From a virus, in the IMG/VR virus record IMGVR_UViG_3300027419_000023: a stretch of 64,000 bases of DNA; one strand, written 5' to 3'. Under the pieces are notes generated by a model, which was not told the DNA's origin, did no database searches, and saw nothing but the letters and a program-made list of their open reading frames with translations. Of this stretch, positions 19,487-29,292 are shown piece after piece. The translations under genes were made by a program, and so were the position numbers. Each line of letters starts with the position of its first letter. The first letter of the stretch is position 1.

Positions 19487-22411
19487 CTAGTGCGATCTCT
19501 TGCCAAACATATCTTTTTGGCTCTTCTTTAGCATGTCGCGTGCGGACTGAAGCGAAGCCGCATTATCTCCTTCGGCAGCAGGCTGTCCCCTCGCGTTCAT
19601 CTTAGGTAGCTCTGCTTTCAGGATGCCAGGGTTTGCATCGAAATAAGCCCAGCCAGCTGCTTTAAAGCCATCGTAGTGAGTTTGGGCTTCGGTTCTTGCC
19701 TTAGCATTCAGTTTCAGAGAGAAAGCCTCGAAATCTGCAGCAGCCTTCTTTTCGATAAGTTCCTGTTCCGCGGCATTCTGTTTCTGGACAAGGTCCTCGA
19801 CTTGCGCGGTCAGTTCGGCGATCTTAGTGTCCCTTTCATTGAGCTTCTGTTCAAAAGCCTCGTTCATCTTCTGTACGTCTAAGTCAGCTTCAATATATGT
19901 GTTCGTCATATTATTACCATGTGTATCGATATATCGTGAATCCATTTTTTCAGTAGGTTCTTCTTCCATTTCAGAAGTTTCCTCTTCGGTTTTTACGGGA
20001 CATTTCTTGTTCTTCATTTCGAAAAACATACATTCATTACCATCGGCATCTTTAGTCATGCCTTTTTTTGTCTCATTAAGTTTTGTCATGTTATTATTAC
20101 CTGTAAGTGTTTTAAAATTAGAATTATTATATTTATCTTTCATATTGGATGGTATTAGTCCAGACTTAACATACGTTTTGGACCAATTAATTGCGTCTTG
20201 CTCACTTTCAATATGCTTGTAGACGTTAGTTATAGTCGGATTACTACCAATACGAATAGCATTTAATTTAATAGTGAAACTATCATTTTCCTGAATTACT
20301 TCAGCACGTCGCTTATCATTATAAAAGACTTTAGGTTCATAGCCGTGTTCGTTTAGCATGAAACCGCAACCGTCTTTCGTACTACAAGCTCCAATACCAT
20401 TAGCTAACTCAGCAAAGTGATAAAAGTGATAACCACCGTCTTCAATTGCGTTATACTTGGTACCGTTGAGGTCACCCGACGTCATGCTCGTATGCGTAGT
20501 ATATGCAATAGAACCATCATACGGAGTACCTGACTTAATACGGGTCATGTCTTCGGGTGTCAACTTATCCTTATAATAACGCGCGACGGCTACAACGTCT
20601 TTCTTGTCTGGTCTTGCCGTAACATTCATAAGTTTACCGATGCGATTGTGCTTATAGGTTACGAGTTCTGTTGGTGCAGTATGACCTTTCAAAATTGGTT
20701 GACCTTCAAGCCAGTGTGCATCTTTCCCGAAGTACTCAAACTTTTTGAGTGTAGGAATACCGTCCGTTCCAGTGAACACTCCTTCGCGCATAGGTACAAC
20801 AGGCACGTCAATTACTTGATCGTCTTCATAGATGATCTTAGAACCAGCCGGAGATGAATTCATTTTGATTTCATCTGACGCAACTATGTCTAATCCGCCT
20901 GGAGAATGTTCATCTTCAAGAAAAGTTTCGTTACGTTTCATTCTTCTACTTTTAGACTTATTATAATCTGTCTTATATGGGTTATTAGAAACACTGAATA
21001 ACTTTTTTGAAACAGATTTGTCCCAATGCTTTAATTCAGAATCATCTGCATCATGAATAGGCTCCCGACTTGAAACTTCTTCAACTTCACCAGACTTCTT
21101 GACAGCAAATAACCCACTAGCAAACTGATGTAATTGATCACCTGGTTCTAACCTAATCTTTTCTAATTTATCAGACATTATATTAGCATTACCATAATAT
21201 GCATTAGACGGTTTTTTCTCGCCCGTTTTTGTCCATACTGATATAGGACTTTTAATATCAACTGATATCAATTGATTTGGTCTAGTTTTTAAGCCTCTGG
21301 ATAAATCTATCTTTACATTATTATCACGAGTAAATGATGTATCGGTCCACTTTACATCAGAACCCTTTTTACTCGTACTTCCGCCGCATGACCCTGGGCC
21401 AGTGCCTGACTTTTCAGAATCAGGACAGTTAGCGTTTTCTTTATAAGCTTCCATATGGCGTTCGGTGAAATCCATTTGATCTTCAGTCAGTGGCATTCCT
21501 TCGCGATTCTTAATAAAAATAATTTTCTTTTGGATGTTCCGATTAGCAACGCCCGTTTGATTACCAGAAGCCAAATCCCAGGAATGATCAAGTGCCTTAT
21601 GACAGTAGTGAGGTCCACCGTTGACTATAGCTCCAACCGGATATCTATAGGAATTTGAGTCTTGGCCACTACCAGCATCCACATCCAGATACCACTTCAT
21701 AAGGGACCGTTTGGAAACTTTTCCGGATTCGTCAGTTGCCCAACTCATCATGTCGGATTTGGCAGCTACAGGATCCCAAGGCATTTGATGCTCTTCTGGC
21801 TCTATGAGTTCCCCAGACTCTTCATCCTCGGATTCCATAGGTTCCTCGTCGTAATCCTCGGAAACACCTTCCGGTTCAGAACTCTCCATGAAGGTTTCAT
21901 CGTCTGGATGTTCCTCAACCTCGCTAATGGAAACTTCCGAGTCTATTGTACTTTCCAGAAGTTCAGGTAAATCTTGCTGACGAACGTTACCGAAGAGTTT
22001 ATCAGGTACTTTGTCTATTGGAACTTGCTCTGGAATGACGTCACCTTTCCGGGTAACAATGTTACCATCTAATTTCATTTCTTTAGAGCTGGTAGTATTA
22101 TCATTTCCCAAAGTAAGATCACTACCATTCGTAAATCCTGAAGCATCTTCTTTGACCTCAGAATCCTGTTCTTTCTTAGCCATCTCTAGTTCTATTGGTT
22201 TTTCATTGTGTTCTTTTAGCCATTTCTTAACGGCTTTAGGCGTCCATTTTTCCTTTGAGAAGTGATAACTCTGGGTTGACGTTTTCTCTTCATCTCCCTC
22301 TTTTTTTACTCCCAATAACATCTGTATTCCGTCGCCAAGATCCTTAGTCACTATCCGGTCATATTGACCTGGATCCGAGATCCTAGCGGCGTGATACTCC
22401 TTGAAGGGTAT
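19487..22411 (-). CDS. Prohead protease/scaffold polyprotein with an inserted tagged domain; probable ATA start
   Basis: VVPMREGV, PILKGH, SIAY, HFAEL..GIGACSxxDGCG protease; C-terminal coiled coil; frame extends 20 codons above the GTG to ATA with GGAG RBS. Confidence 0.8.
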   Translation of the reverse strand: MPFKEYHAARISDPGQYDRIVTKDLGDGIQMLLGVKKEGDEEKTSTQSYHFSKEKWTPKAVKKWLKEHNEKPIELEMAKKEQDSEVKEDASGFTNGSDLTLGNDNTTSSKEMKLDGNIVTRKGDVIPEQVPIDKVPDKLFGNVRQQDLPELLESTIDSEVSISEVEEHPDDETFMESSEPEGVSEDYDEEPMESEDEESGELIEPEEHQMPWDPVAAKSDMMSWATDESGKVSKRSLMKWYLDVDAGSGQDSNSYRYPVGAIVNGGPHYCHKALDHSWDLASGNQTGVANRNIQKKIIFIKNREGMPLTEDQMDFTERHMEAYKENANCPDSEKSGTGPGSCGGSTSKKGSDVKWTDTSFTRDNNVKIDLSRGLKTRPNQLISVDIKSPISVWTKTGEKKPSNAYYGNANIMSDKLEKIRLEPGDQLHQFASGLFAVKKSGEVEEVSSREPIHDADDSELKHWDKSVSKKLFSVSNNPYKTDYNKSKSRRMKRNETFLEDEHSPGGLDIVASDEIKMNSSPAGSKIIYEDDQVIDVPVVPMREGVFTGTDGIPTLKKFEYFGKDAHWLEGQPILKGHTAPTELVTYKHNRIGKLMNVTARPDKKDVVAVARYYKDKLTPEDMTRIKSGTPYDGSIAYTTHTSMTSGDLNGTKYNAIEDGGYHFYHFAELANGIGACSTKDGCGFMLNEHGYEPKVFYNDKRRAEVIQENDSFTIKLNAIRIGSNPTITNVYKHIESEQDAINWSKTYVKSGLIPSNMKDKYNNSNFKTLTGNNNMTKLNETKKGMTKDADGNECMFFEMKNKKCPVKTEEETSEMEEEPTEKMDSRYIDTHGNNMTNTYIEADLDVQKMNEAFEQKLNERDTKIAELTAQVEDLVQKQNAAEQELIEKKAAADFEAFSLKLNAKARTEAQTHYDGFKAAGWAYFDANPGILKAELPKMNARGQPAAEGDNAASLQSARDMLKKSQKDMFGKRSH
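21380..21427. repeat. 48-bp perfect direct repeat, copy 1 (CPDSEKSGTGPGSCGG)
   Basis: Identical to 23487-23534. Confidence 0.95.
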
Positions 22412-22459
22412 AATAATCAGCTCCTGGATAAATAATGAGATATTGTCAATACATTATAG

Positions 22460-22549
22460 TAATCAAATAAACGAATGGAATGGTAATTTTACGTCTACAT
22501 ACCTAAATATATATAATCATAATAAAATAGATATGATGGATTTTACGGC
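22460..22549 (-). promoter_or_regulatory. Tandem late-promoter-like motifs (exact 22460-22495, variant 22514-22549)
   Basis: GACGTAAAA-N15-TTTATTTGATTA plus GCCGTAAAA-N14-TTTATTATGATTA. Confidence 0.7.
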
Positions 22550-22553
22550 TACT

Positions 22554-23597
22554 CTAAGTAATTAACTTTTCAATTAATTTTATTCTATTAGGATACCAGG
22601 ATCTTATAGCTCGTTGAGTAGCCTCATTTCTATAATATTGTTTAACCGTATCTGCAAAATCTTCGGCTAACTTAACTTCATCAGGTACTAATGAAGCATA
22701 TTCAGATGACCATTTATGACCATTAATAGAGATCGCATTTTTAGCGTCTGCGTCTACAGCTTTTTTCCAGGCTGGATTCGTCAAACTCCACATATTGCCA
22801 TTTCCTAAACTAAGATCTAAATTATGGGAAGCTTCATGTACTATATATTCCTTTATATATCTATCTTTATTAGGATTCTCGTATAAAGTTATCCTCTTTT
22901 CTGTCGGTAACGAAAATCCAGATACTCCACCTATTACCGCTTCTTCTATACTGCTACCAGATGTAGATGATTTTAAGGCGCTAGGAAATCCAGATAATTC
23001 TATTGTATTAATCTGCTTTTTAAGTGTGTCTGGTAGTGATGACAAAACCTTTGTTATGCGATCTTTTGACACCGGATTTCCATTCTTATCTATAAATATT
23101 TTTATATTATCAATAGAATGAATATTAGCATCCGACACTCTACCTTCATTAAATGCATAAGATTTTTGCGATGTGATATCATTAGGTATTATGGATTTTG
23201 TAGTATCAGTTTTTTTGATTGTCTTCTTAGGTTCGGATTTATTATATTCGGATAAACGTTTTGTTTGTTTTTCATCAGTAACAGGAATAGAACTGATTGA
23301 CTTACTCCTTGACGAAGTAGATGGTAATTTATTAGTCCTATTAATATATTGCATTTTCATATATTTCTGGAATGCTTCTATCTCTTTTATATTCATTCCT
23401 CTGTCCGGATCAGAAAAATCAAATTTATTACCGTTTTCGTCTATATATATTTTACCATGTATTTCTTCTTTGCTTTTATTTTGTGATCCGCCGCATGACC
23501 CTGGGCCAGTGCCTGACTTTTCAGAATCAGGACAATTGGAGTTTAACTTTATATCTAGTTCATAAAAACGGTTTTTCTTCCCTACGAATTTATACAA
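22554..23597 (-). CDS. Tagged zincin-like metallopeptidase (putative virion-packaged effector)
   Basis: N-terminal KLNSNCPDSEKSGTGPGSCGG; HEASH...SEYA...EDFAD...YPNR. Confidence 0.78.
   Translation of the reverse strand: MYKFVGKKNRFYELDIKLNSNCPDSEKSGTGPGSCGGSQNKSKEEIHGKIYIDENGNKFDFSDPDRGMNIKEIEAFQKYMKMQYINRTNKLPSTSSRSKSISSIPVTDEKQTKRLSEYNKSEPKKTIKKTDTTKSIIPNDITSQKSYAFNEGRVSDANIHSIDNIKIFIDKNGNPVSKDRITKVLSSLPDTLKKQINTIELSGFPSALKSSTSGSSIEEAVIGGVSGFSLPTEKRITLYENPNKDRYIKEYIVHEASHNLDLSLGNGNMWSLTNPAWKKAVDADAKNAISINGHKWSSEYASLVPDEVKLAEDFADTVKQYYRNEATQRAIRSWYPNRIKLIEKLIT
23487..23534. repeat. 48-bp perfect direct repeat, copy 2
   Basis: Identical to 21380-21427. Confidence 0.95.
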
Positions 23598-23667
23598 TTC
23601 AATTACCTACCAAAAACTATTTATTCTAATACCACTTATTAGTACTTGGAGTGAAATAAGATGTCAA

Positions 23668-23784
23668 ATGAAGAGATTCCTATACTCCGAAATGAAGCAT
23701 GGACGTACCCTCAAGCACGTTGCTACCAAAAACGGAGTTGACATCAAGCTCTGTCGGAAAGCCCTAAAAGAAATAGAGGGTTAA
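23668..23784 (+). CDS. Possible 38-aa HTH-like microprotein
   Basis: GRTLKHVATKNGVDIKLCRKAL; BRE-TATA-like site near 23609. Confidence 0.35.
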   Translation: MKRFLYSEMKHGRTLKHVATKNGVDIKLCRKALKEIEG

Positions 23785-23951
23785 GCCTTCTCGTTCTTTT
23801 TTCTCTGCTTTCTACCCTTTTTGAGCACGACTTGTCCTTCCGGCACGTCTATGATTACTTGCTCTTTTGGCTCCTCAACTTTCACAACTATCTGTCCTTC
23901 AGGTTCATCAACTGCTATGTATTCCCAGTTACCTTTATTTTGTTTCCACAT
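23781..23951 (-). CDS. 56-aa hypothetical late protein (not in ORF track)
   Basis: MWKQNKGNWEYIAVDEPEGQ...; directly downstream of a late motif. Confidence 0.6.
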   Translation of the reverse strand: MWKQNKGNWEYIAVDEPEGQIVVKVEEPKEQVIIDVPEGQVVLKKGRKQRKKNEKA

Positions 23952-23990
23952 TATTTTTCATTCCTTGCTATGGTTGTATTATATTTTTTA

Positions 23991-24044
23991 TAATCAAATA
24001 AATAGTATACCGCGTATTTTACGTCGGACCAAAAAGTATAAATA
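23991..24044. promoter_or_regulatory. Late motif (minus, 23991-24025) back-to-back with BRE-TATA (plus, 24028-24044)
   Basis: Same geometry as at 230, 2731 and 34231. Confidence 0.75.
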
Positions 24045-24066
24045 TCTAGGTTGTATACTTTATGCT

Positions 24067-24402
24067 ATGAAGAAAACGCCTGTTTGCTACGATCTAAAAG
24101 ACATCGATCTTGAAGATGAAACCAACAACATACTCCTTAATATGTCAGGTGGTCTTTTGCCTGAGCATCTAACGTCAGATGAAATAAAGTTACTTGAACA
24201 ACGTTTCGGCGGAGATTGGTTCCATGAATTAGGATACGAAGAAAAGGATGGTTATAAAAATCCAGAAATCGATCTCATTGTTAGAATAACCAAAGAAAAA
24301 CAATTATTTGAAGGTTCCTGCGATGACTGGTATTGGTTTAGTTCATCTGCTATAGATGAATTAATAGCAGAAGTAAACAGATTAAGATTACTAATAAAAT
24401 AA
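24067..24402 (+). CDS. Hypothetical protein
   Basis: Start moved to ATG 24067, just after the TATA promoter. Confidence 0.55.
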   Translation: MKKTPVCYDLKDIDLEDETNNILLNMSGGLLPEHLTSDEIKLLEQRFGGDWFHELGYEEKDGYKNPEIDLIVRITKEKQLFEGSCDDWYWFSSSAIDELIAEVNRLRLLIK

Positions 24403-24532
24403 TTCCGACCAAAAGCTTTATATACTAGTAATACTAAGTATACCTTGCCCAACCAAACATCAAGGACCAGGACTCAGATCTTTCTGGGTTCTGTTCTCTT
24501 TGATTAGAGCGGGTGGGGGTAACATATCAATA

Positions 24533-26863
24533 TTAATCCGAGTACCATATTGTACAATCATTACCGTTTGATATAGTCGCTAAATTTATTGTATTATATT
24601 GAACATCAATTTCTGCTATTACTTGGTCAGACTGAGCCTTCATGACTTTGTAAACTGCATCGTCTCTGAGCATGGAACACGGCAAACCAAATATGTCATT
24701 TACACCAATACCAAGAGTCATTCTAGTGCCTGCATCATAGCCAATAACAGAAGTAACCTTGGAAAATGCATGATTGGTAGACCACGATCCAACCTCTGCC
24801 GGCACGTCAACAGTCTCAGATCCAACCTCGCCATTAGCAAATTTTCCATTTATCGTGACCTGTCCTGAAATAGGTGTGCCAGTTCCAGCCTGAGTAACAG
24901 TAATGCATCTGGGTTGGTCTGGATTCGTGACATCGGTGTGAGTGCCTGAGAGATCCTGAACACTACCATGAATCAAAGTAGAAGCTGCTGCTTTGCAGTT
25001 CCTGTAAATTATCGCTATCGAGCTGCCTATTATGGCAGCTTTGTATTGGGTGTCTACCAGTGGGTTGGTGACCGTGCTCTCGAAGAGGACTGACTTCTTG
25101 TCGATCCTGATAGCGCCTGCAATGTTTGATGTATCACCATCGCCCGGTATTAGAATACCATTAGTTGCATTCTTTATCGTCACTCTCTCGATGGTGCAGC
25201 TCCCGGAAACCCCTACAGGGTCTTCCCATTCGTTGTTTGCTTGGATGGCGGTTAGTCCTCCGTCGAACTTTCCTGAGATATTCACATCAGTGAGTTCATC
25301 ACAAATGCGCATTAGAATGCCAGTTGAAGCTACAGATCGCAAGTCTACAGATACATCGCATTTAGTGAGGTTTTGAAGCATTGCCAAAGCGCCGCCTGGG
25401 ACCAGAGTGCCGCTTGAGATGACAGTTACATTGGCTTTGCATCTGGTTAGAGATGCCAGGCAAACTTGCACTCCGCTTAATATCTCCTCATCGAAGAACT
25501 CATCTGCAGTCCGGTAGACTCTGATATTACTATCTGACATCCCCCTGATGTAAGACCCATACGTAGAATTGACATCTACAATCTCGATGTCACAGGACCG
25601 GGCGTTATGGGTGGCCACTGACACGAATCCATAGGTCATGGAGTCGTAGGTCTTCACTCTGATCTTGGCATTCTTGACTGAAGGCCCACCTACCAGGAAC
25701 CCATAGTCCTGATACATGGAGACATCGACATCGGCGTTATTGCATCCGCCCATGATGGTGACTCCCCATCCTGACCATATATCATGCTCTTCGTCATCTA
25801 CAGCATAGGTAGCATTGGCGTTATTGTGCTTCGTGACGCATCCTCGAACGATAATAGGTTCGAGGTTATTTCCCCTGCCTTCAGCTATGAAGATTCCCTG
25901 GTAGTTGCTCTCGGCCTCGCAGTTGACCAGCTTGCAGCCATTACGGACAAAGAAGCCACTGCCATAGACCAAGTTGGCAGTCTTGATTATGCCGTTATTT
26001 CTGGACGTGCAGTTGACAAACTGGACATTATAGACATATGGGGCCTGCTCTAAGTGAAATCCGCTTTCCAGGCATCCTTCAGCATGGCAATTGATCAACT
26101 GAATATCCTGGATTGTCATGATGTTTGTGGGGCATTCATTCAGGTCAAATCCTACGTACCAATCGTCGTTGGTTGCAGTTGCCCCGCATCTGATTGCCTG
26201 GCAATTGATATAACGCTGGTTCTTTATTACTTTTGCTGATCCGACGTGGTCACCCTCATTTAAAAATCCATGTCTGCAACAGTCTATTGCAGTACAATTT
26301 TCAAAAACATGGTCGTCCAGAGTTGTATATGGATTGACATGCACTTTAAACGCGCCGCCCAGGTTAGATGAAACCGCTCCATCAGCAGAGACAACTATGT
26401 CCCTGCATAGCGTGTGACTGGATGTGATCAATACAGCACCGACGTTTACTCTAAAGCCCTGAATCATTGTGTATTGGTTAGCCAGACATATGTTTTTTGT
26501 GCCATCTGTGAATGTAATCGTGGTTCCGGATTCGGCTATCAAACTGCCATATTCTGGTAGAATTATATCATCGTTAGATGTATAATTTCCATGATTTATA
26601 TAAATATTTTTATAGTTTTCAAATAAATAATTAATTACATAATCAAATGATTCGTTACGAATTATTTCGGTACCATGTCGATTATTTGCAATGATGATGG
26701 AATCGGTTTTGCTAATATAAATTTCTGGAATACTGGTTATAATAGTACTTGAAATTATTGTAGCTGAATCATATATACTATTTGGCTTAAATCCATTATT
26801 TAATAGTTGTTGATATTGACTGTATGTCAATATTGATCGTCGGAAGGCATCAATTAGTCTCAA
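24533..26863 (-). CDS. Pectin-lyase-like parallel beta-helix spike with shared N-terminal module
   Basis: Repeated 'F(I/E/V)NCxAxxC' rungs; N-terminus MRLIDAFRRSILTYSQYQQLLNNGFKP. Confidence 0.8.
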   Translation of the reverse strand: MRLIDAFRRSILTYSQYQQLLNNGFKPNSIYDSATIISSTIITSIPEIYISKTDSIIIANNRHGTEIIRNESFDYVINYLFENYKNIYINHGNYTSNDDIILPEYGSLIAESGTTITFTDGTKNICLANQYTMIQGFRVNVGAVLITSSHTLCRDIVVSADGAVSSNLGGAFKVHVNPYTTLDDHVFENCTAIDCCRHGFLNEGDHVGSAKVIKNQRYINCQAIRCGATATNDDWYVGFDLNECPTNIMTIQDIQLINCHAEGCLESGFHLEQAPYVYNVQFVNCTSRNNGIIKTANLVYGSGFFVRNGCKLVNCEAESNYQGIFIAEGRGNNLEPIIVRGCVTKHNNANATYAVDDEEHDIWSGWGVTIMGGCNNADVDVSMYQDYGFLVGGPSVKNAKIRVKTYDSMTYGFVSVATHNARSCDIEIVDVNSTYGSYIRGMSDSNIRVYRTADEFFDEEILSGVQVCLASLTRCKANVTVISSGTLVPGGALAMLQNLTKCDVSVDLRSVASTGILMRICDELTDVNISGKFDGGLTAIQANNEWEDPVGVSGSCTIERVTIKNATNGILIPGDGDTSNIAGAIRIDKKSVLFESTVTNPLVDTQYKAAIIGSSIAIIYRNCKAAASTLIHGSVQDLSGTHTDVTNPDQPRCITVTQAGTGTPISGQVTINGKFANGEVGSETVDVPAEVGSWSTNHAFSKVTSVIGYDAGTRMTLGIGVNDIFGLPCSMLRDDAVYKVMKAQSDQVIAEIDVQYNTINLATISNGNDCTIWYSD

Positions 26864-26919
26864 ATTATAATCTACCTCTTATCAAGTTAACTAAATCATT
26901 TCATTGCATGTTAATTCAT

Positions 26920-29292
26920 TTATTTGTCATGTATTATACCGGACAGTACTTTGGATGATGAGGTATTAATAGTAGTATTTCCTCCGCCGCAACTACCCGG
27001 ACCGGTACCGTTCTTTTCTTCATCCTTGCAGTTTGCATTCAACTTCACGGCAGCATCCTGTAAGATAAGGTAAGCCGCGGCTTCCTGGAGGTAAGCACTA
27101 TTCGTCTTCATACTGTCAAGAACCTTCTTAATTTCCGCGGTCATTTCGCTGCTTGATAAACTCTTATCGACGCCAATAGAATCTGTTTTCGTATAGTACT
27201 TCGCAAGTGTTCCGGCTTTCATTTTCATGACTAGGAACTGCGAGGGAAGTTGAGTTGGCTCAATGTCTTTAATTGCTTCCAGTACTTTTGGATTGTCGGT
27301 TTTATCCTGGGAAATTACCCGTAGTGGCTTACTGTTCGTGGTCTTGTAGTCCGTCGTATGGAAGCCACCAAGTTCGGGATTAAACGTACTGGAAACTTCC
27401 TGGAAAGTCGATCCAGTTGAAGTACTTTCTTTCTCTGGACCGCACTTATTACTGTCGTCGTAAGTACCAGCCTTGCATTTCTTGTTGAGCTTCAGGAATT
27501 CAGTGACTTCCTCCAAGTACCGTTCATTGCGTCTCATGCTAGTAATACTTTCTACCACATATCTAGTATAGTATTTTTCTTTCTTTACATCCAATAACTT
27601 ATATTTTTGATCTGTTTTTAAAATAACTTCATGGAGCGGTGGTATATTGTCATCAAATTTCTGTTTCTTTTCGTAGTTTTCTACAAACAATCCAGGCGTT
27701 CCTTGTTTAGCATGCAACTCTATGATAACCGGATTTTTTCCTGGGAACAATTCCTTGCCATTGAGCATATCTCTCGATAATGCAGTTGAGTAAGCTTTTG
27801 CTATTTCCTCTGATCCAGAAAACGAAGCAAATCCGCCAGTTTCTGCATATATAGTATTTTTATCTTTTGGGAAGTATTTATCTAGTGCTTCCGGGGAAAT
27901 ACCGCGATACAGAATTACGTCTTGTTGTAGAGGTGATTGGTCTATTAATTTATTTAATTTATTTTTATATTCTAAATTTTCGGTACTCTTTTTATCCCTT
28001 AAAGATTCATTTATAAATTTACTAGAGTGAATATATTTTGATAATATTTCCGAGTTTTCTGGATTGCTTACTATAGCTTTATCAGAATTTTTTAAGTTAT
28101 CCATATAATTATTAGAAGGTTTCCAGGATAAGGATTTATTTATATAATATTCTTTAATTTTTGATACAGAACCAGAAATACTTCCATATTTATCTGGTTT
28201 TATATTATCAAATAGTTTTTGTTCAGTATTGTCAGATTCATCAGGTAGCTTACATTTATTACTCCCGTCTGGACTGTCTTCCTTGCGGCACTTGTAATTC
28301 AATTTCATGAAGGAAGCAACGTCATTGAGAAGGGAATTGAGTTTCTGGCTACATGCATTACTATCATCATACGTACCTACCTTGCATTTACGATTCTGCT
28401 TGATAAAGGAAGCAACGTCATTGAGATAGGAAGCATCCTGTCTAATATACTCGTCTGGTAACTCATCGTAATCCTCTTCTGTAAGACTTGTTAAAACGCA
28501 TCTACACGAAGGATGAATGGGAGGGGACGTCACGTTAGTACCTTCAAAAACTTCACCAATATTTGTTACTTGCCCTTGTAACGACGAACAAATTTCGCAT
28601 GACCGTTCATCCAAAGCACAATTCCAAATAACTTTTGTATGATTAGCATTCTTTGCACGAGCCATTATTCCTTCGTTTTCGGCTTTTACCTTTTCTGTTC
28701 TATAAATCGTTTCAAGACGTGATTTAGAATTTGCATAATCTTCTTTAAATGACGATGCGAATTTGTCTTCACCCATGCCCCAGTTATTTAGCATTTGTAT
28801 TTTGAGACGTTCACAATCAGTTTGTGTAAGCGTTTTCACTAATTCTAAACCATGATTAGTAAAATATTGCTTTGCATAATCTGTAACTTGTTTTGGAGCC
28901 GGAGCAGGAACAAGCACGCTTTGTTTTGCATCAGGTGGTAATTCTACTGTTCCTGACATACCTTTTATATACGATGGCAATACGAATGGAATAAAAATGC
29001 TAGACCACAATAACCAATTTTTTTTGATTAATTTTGGTTTTATTTCGTCTTCCATGTCATAATAATCGTCTAATAGTTCTTCGGGAATATCTGAGATATC
29101 TACTTCGATTTCGTTTACTATTGAATCGAGCCTGTCTTTAAAACTTTTAGAAGATATAATTTGATTAATAGGTATTTTTGGTAGCGTTTTTATTTTATTA
29201 TTTGAAATAACAACTTTCTTAGGTAACTTATTTTCAGATTTTGATATGTTTTTTGGTAGTATTTTCTTTATTTTTTTATTTTTTGTTGCCAT
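26920..29292 (-). CDS. MuF/gp7-like head morphogenesis protein fused to a VIP2-like ADP-ribosyltransferase, with four Cys-loop tags
   Basis: RLETIYRTE, DERSCEIC, PPIHPSCRC (MuF); YRG...FASFS...HEVIL (R-S-E ART). Confidence 0.88.
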   Translation of the reverse strand: MATKNKKIKKILPKNISKSENKLPKKVVISNNKIKTLPKIPINQIISSKSFKDRLDSIVNEIEVDISDIPEELLDDYYDMEDEIKPKLIKKNWLLWSSIFIPFVLPSYIKGMSGTVELPPDAKQSVLVPAPAPKQVTDYAKQYFTNHGLELVKTLTQTDCERLKIQMLNNWGMGEDKFASSFKEDYANSKSRLETIYRTEKVKAENEGIMARAKNANHTKVIWNCALDERSCEICSSLQGQVTNIGEVFEGTNVTSPPIHPSCRCVLTSLTEEDYDELPDEYIRQDASYLNDVASFIKQNRKCKVGTYDDSNACSQKLNSLLNDVASFMKLNYKCRKEDSPDGSNKCKLPDESDNTEQKLFDNIKPDKYGSISGSVSKIKEYYINKSLSWKPSNNYMDNLKNSDKAIVSNPENSEILSKYIHSSKFINESLRDKKSTENLEYKNKLNKLIDQSPLQQDVILYRGISPEALDKYFPKDKNTIYAETGGFASFSGSEEIAKAYSTALSRDMLNGKELFPGKNPVIIELHAKQGTPGLFVENYEKKQKFDDNIPPLHEVILKTDQKYKLLDVKKEKYYTRYVVESITSMRRNERYLEEVTEFLKLNKKCKAGTYDDSNKCGPEKESTSTGSTFQEVSSTFNPELGGFHTTDYKTTNSKPLRVISQDKTDNPKVLEAIKDIEPTQLPSQFLVMKMKAGTLAKYYTKTDSIGVDKSLSSSEMTAEIKKVLDSMKTNSAYLQEAAAYLILQDAAVKLNANCKDEEKNGTGPGSCGGGNTTINTSSSKVLSGIIHDK

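Noticed and set aside
23821-24066. N-terminal part of the 193-aa plus-strand ORF
   Set aside because: It is the antisense of a 56-aa minus-strand gene plus promoter DNA; the real start is probably 24067
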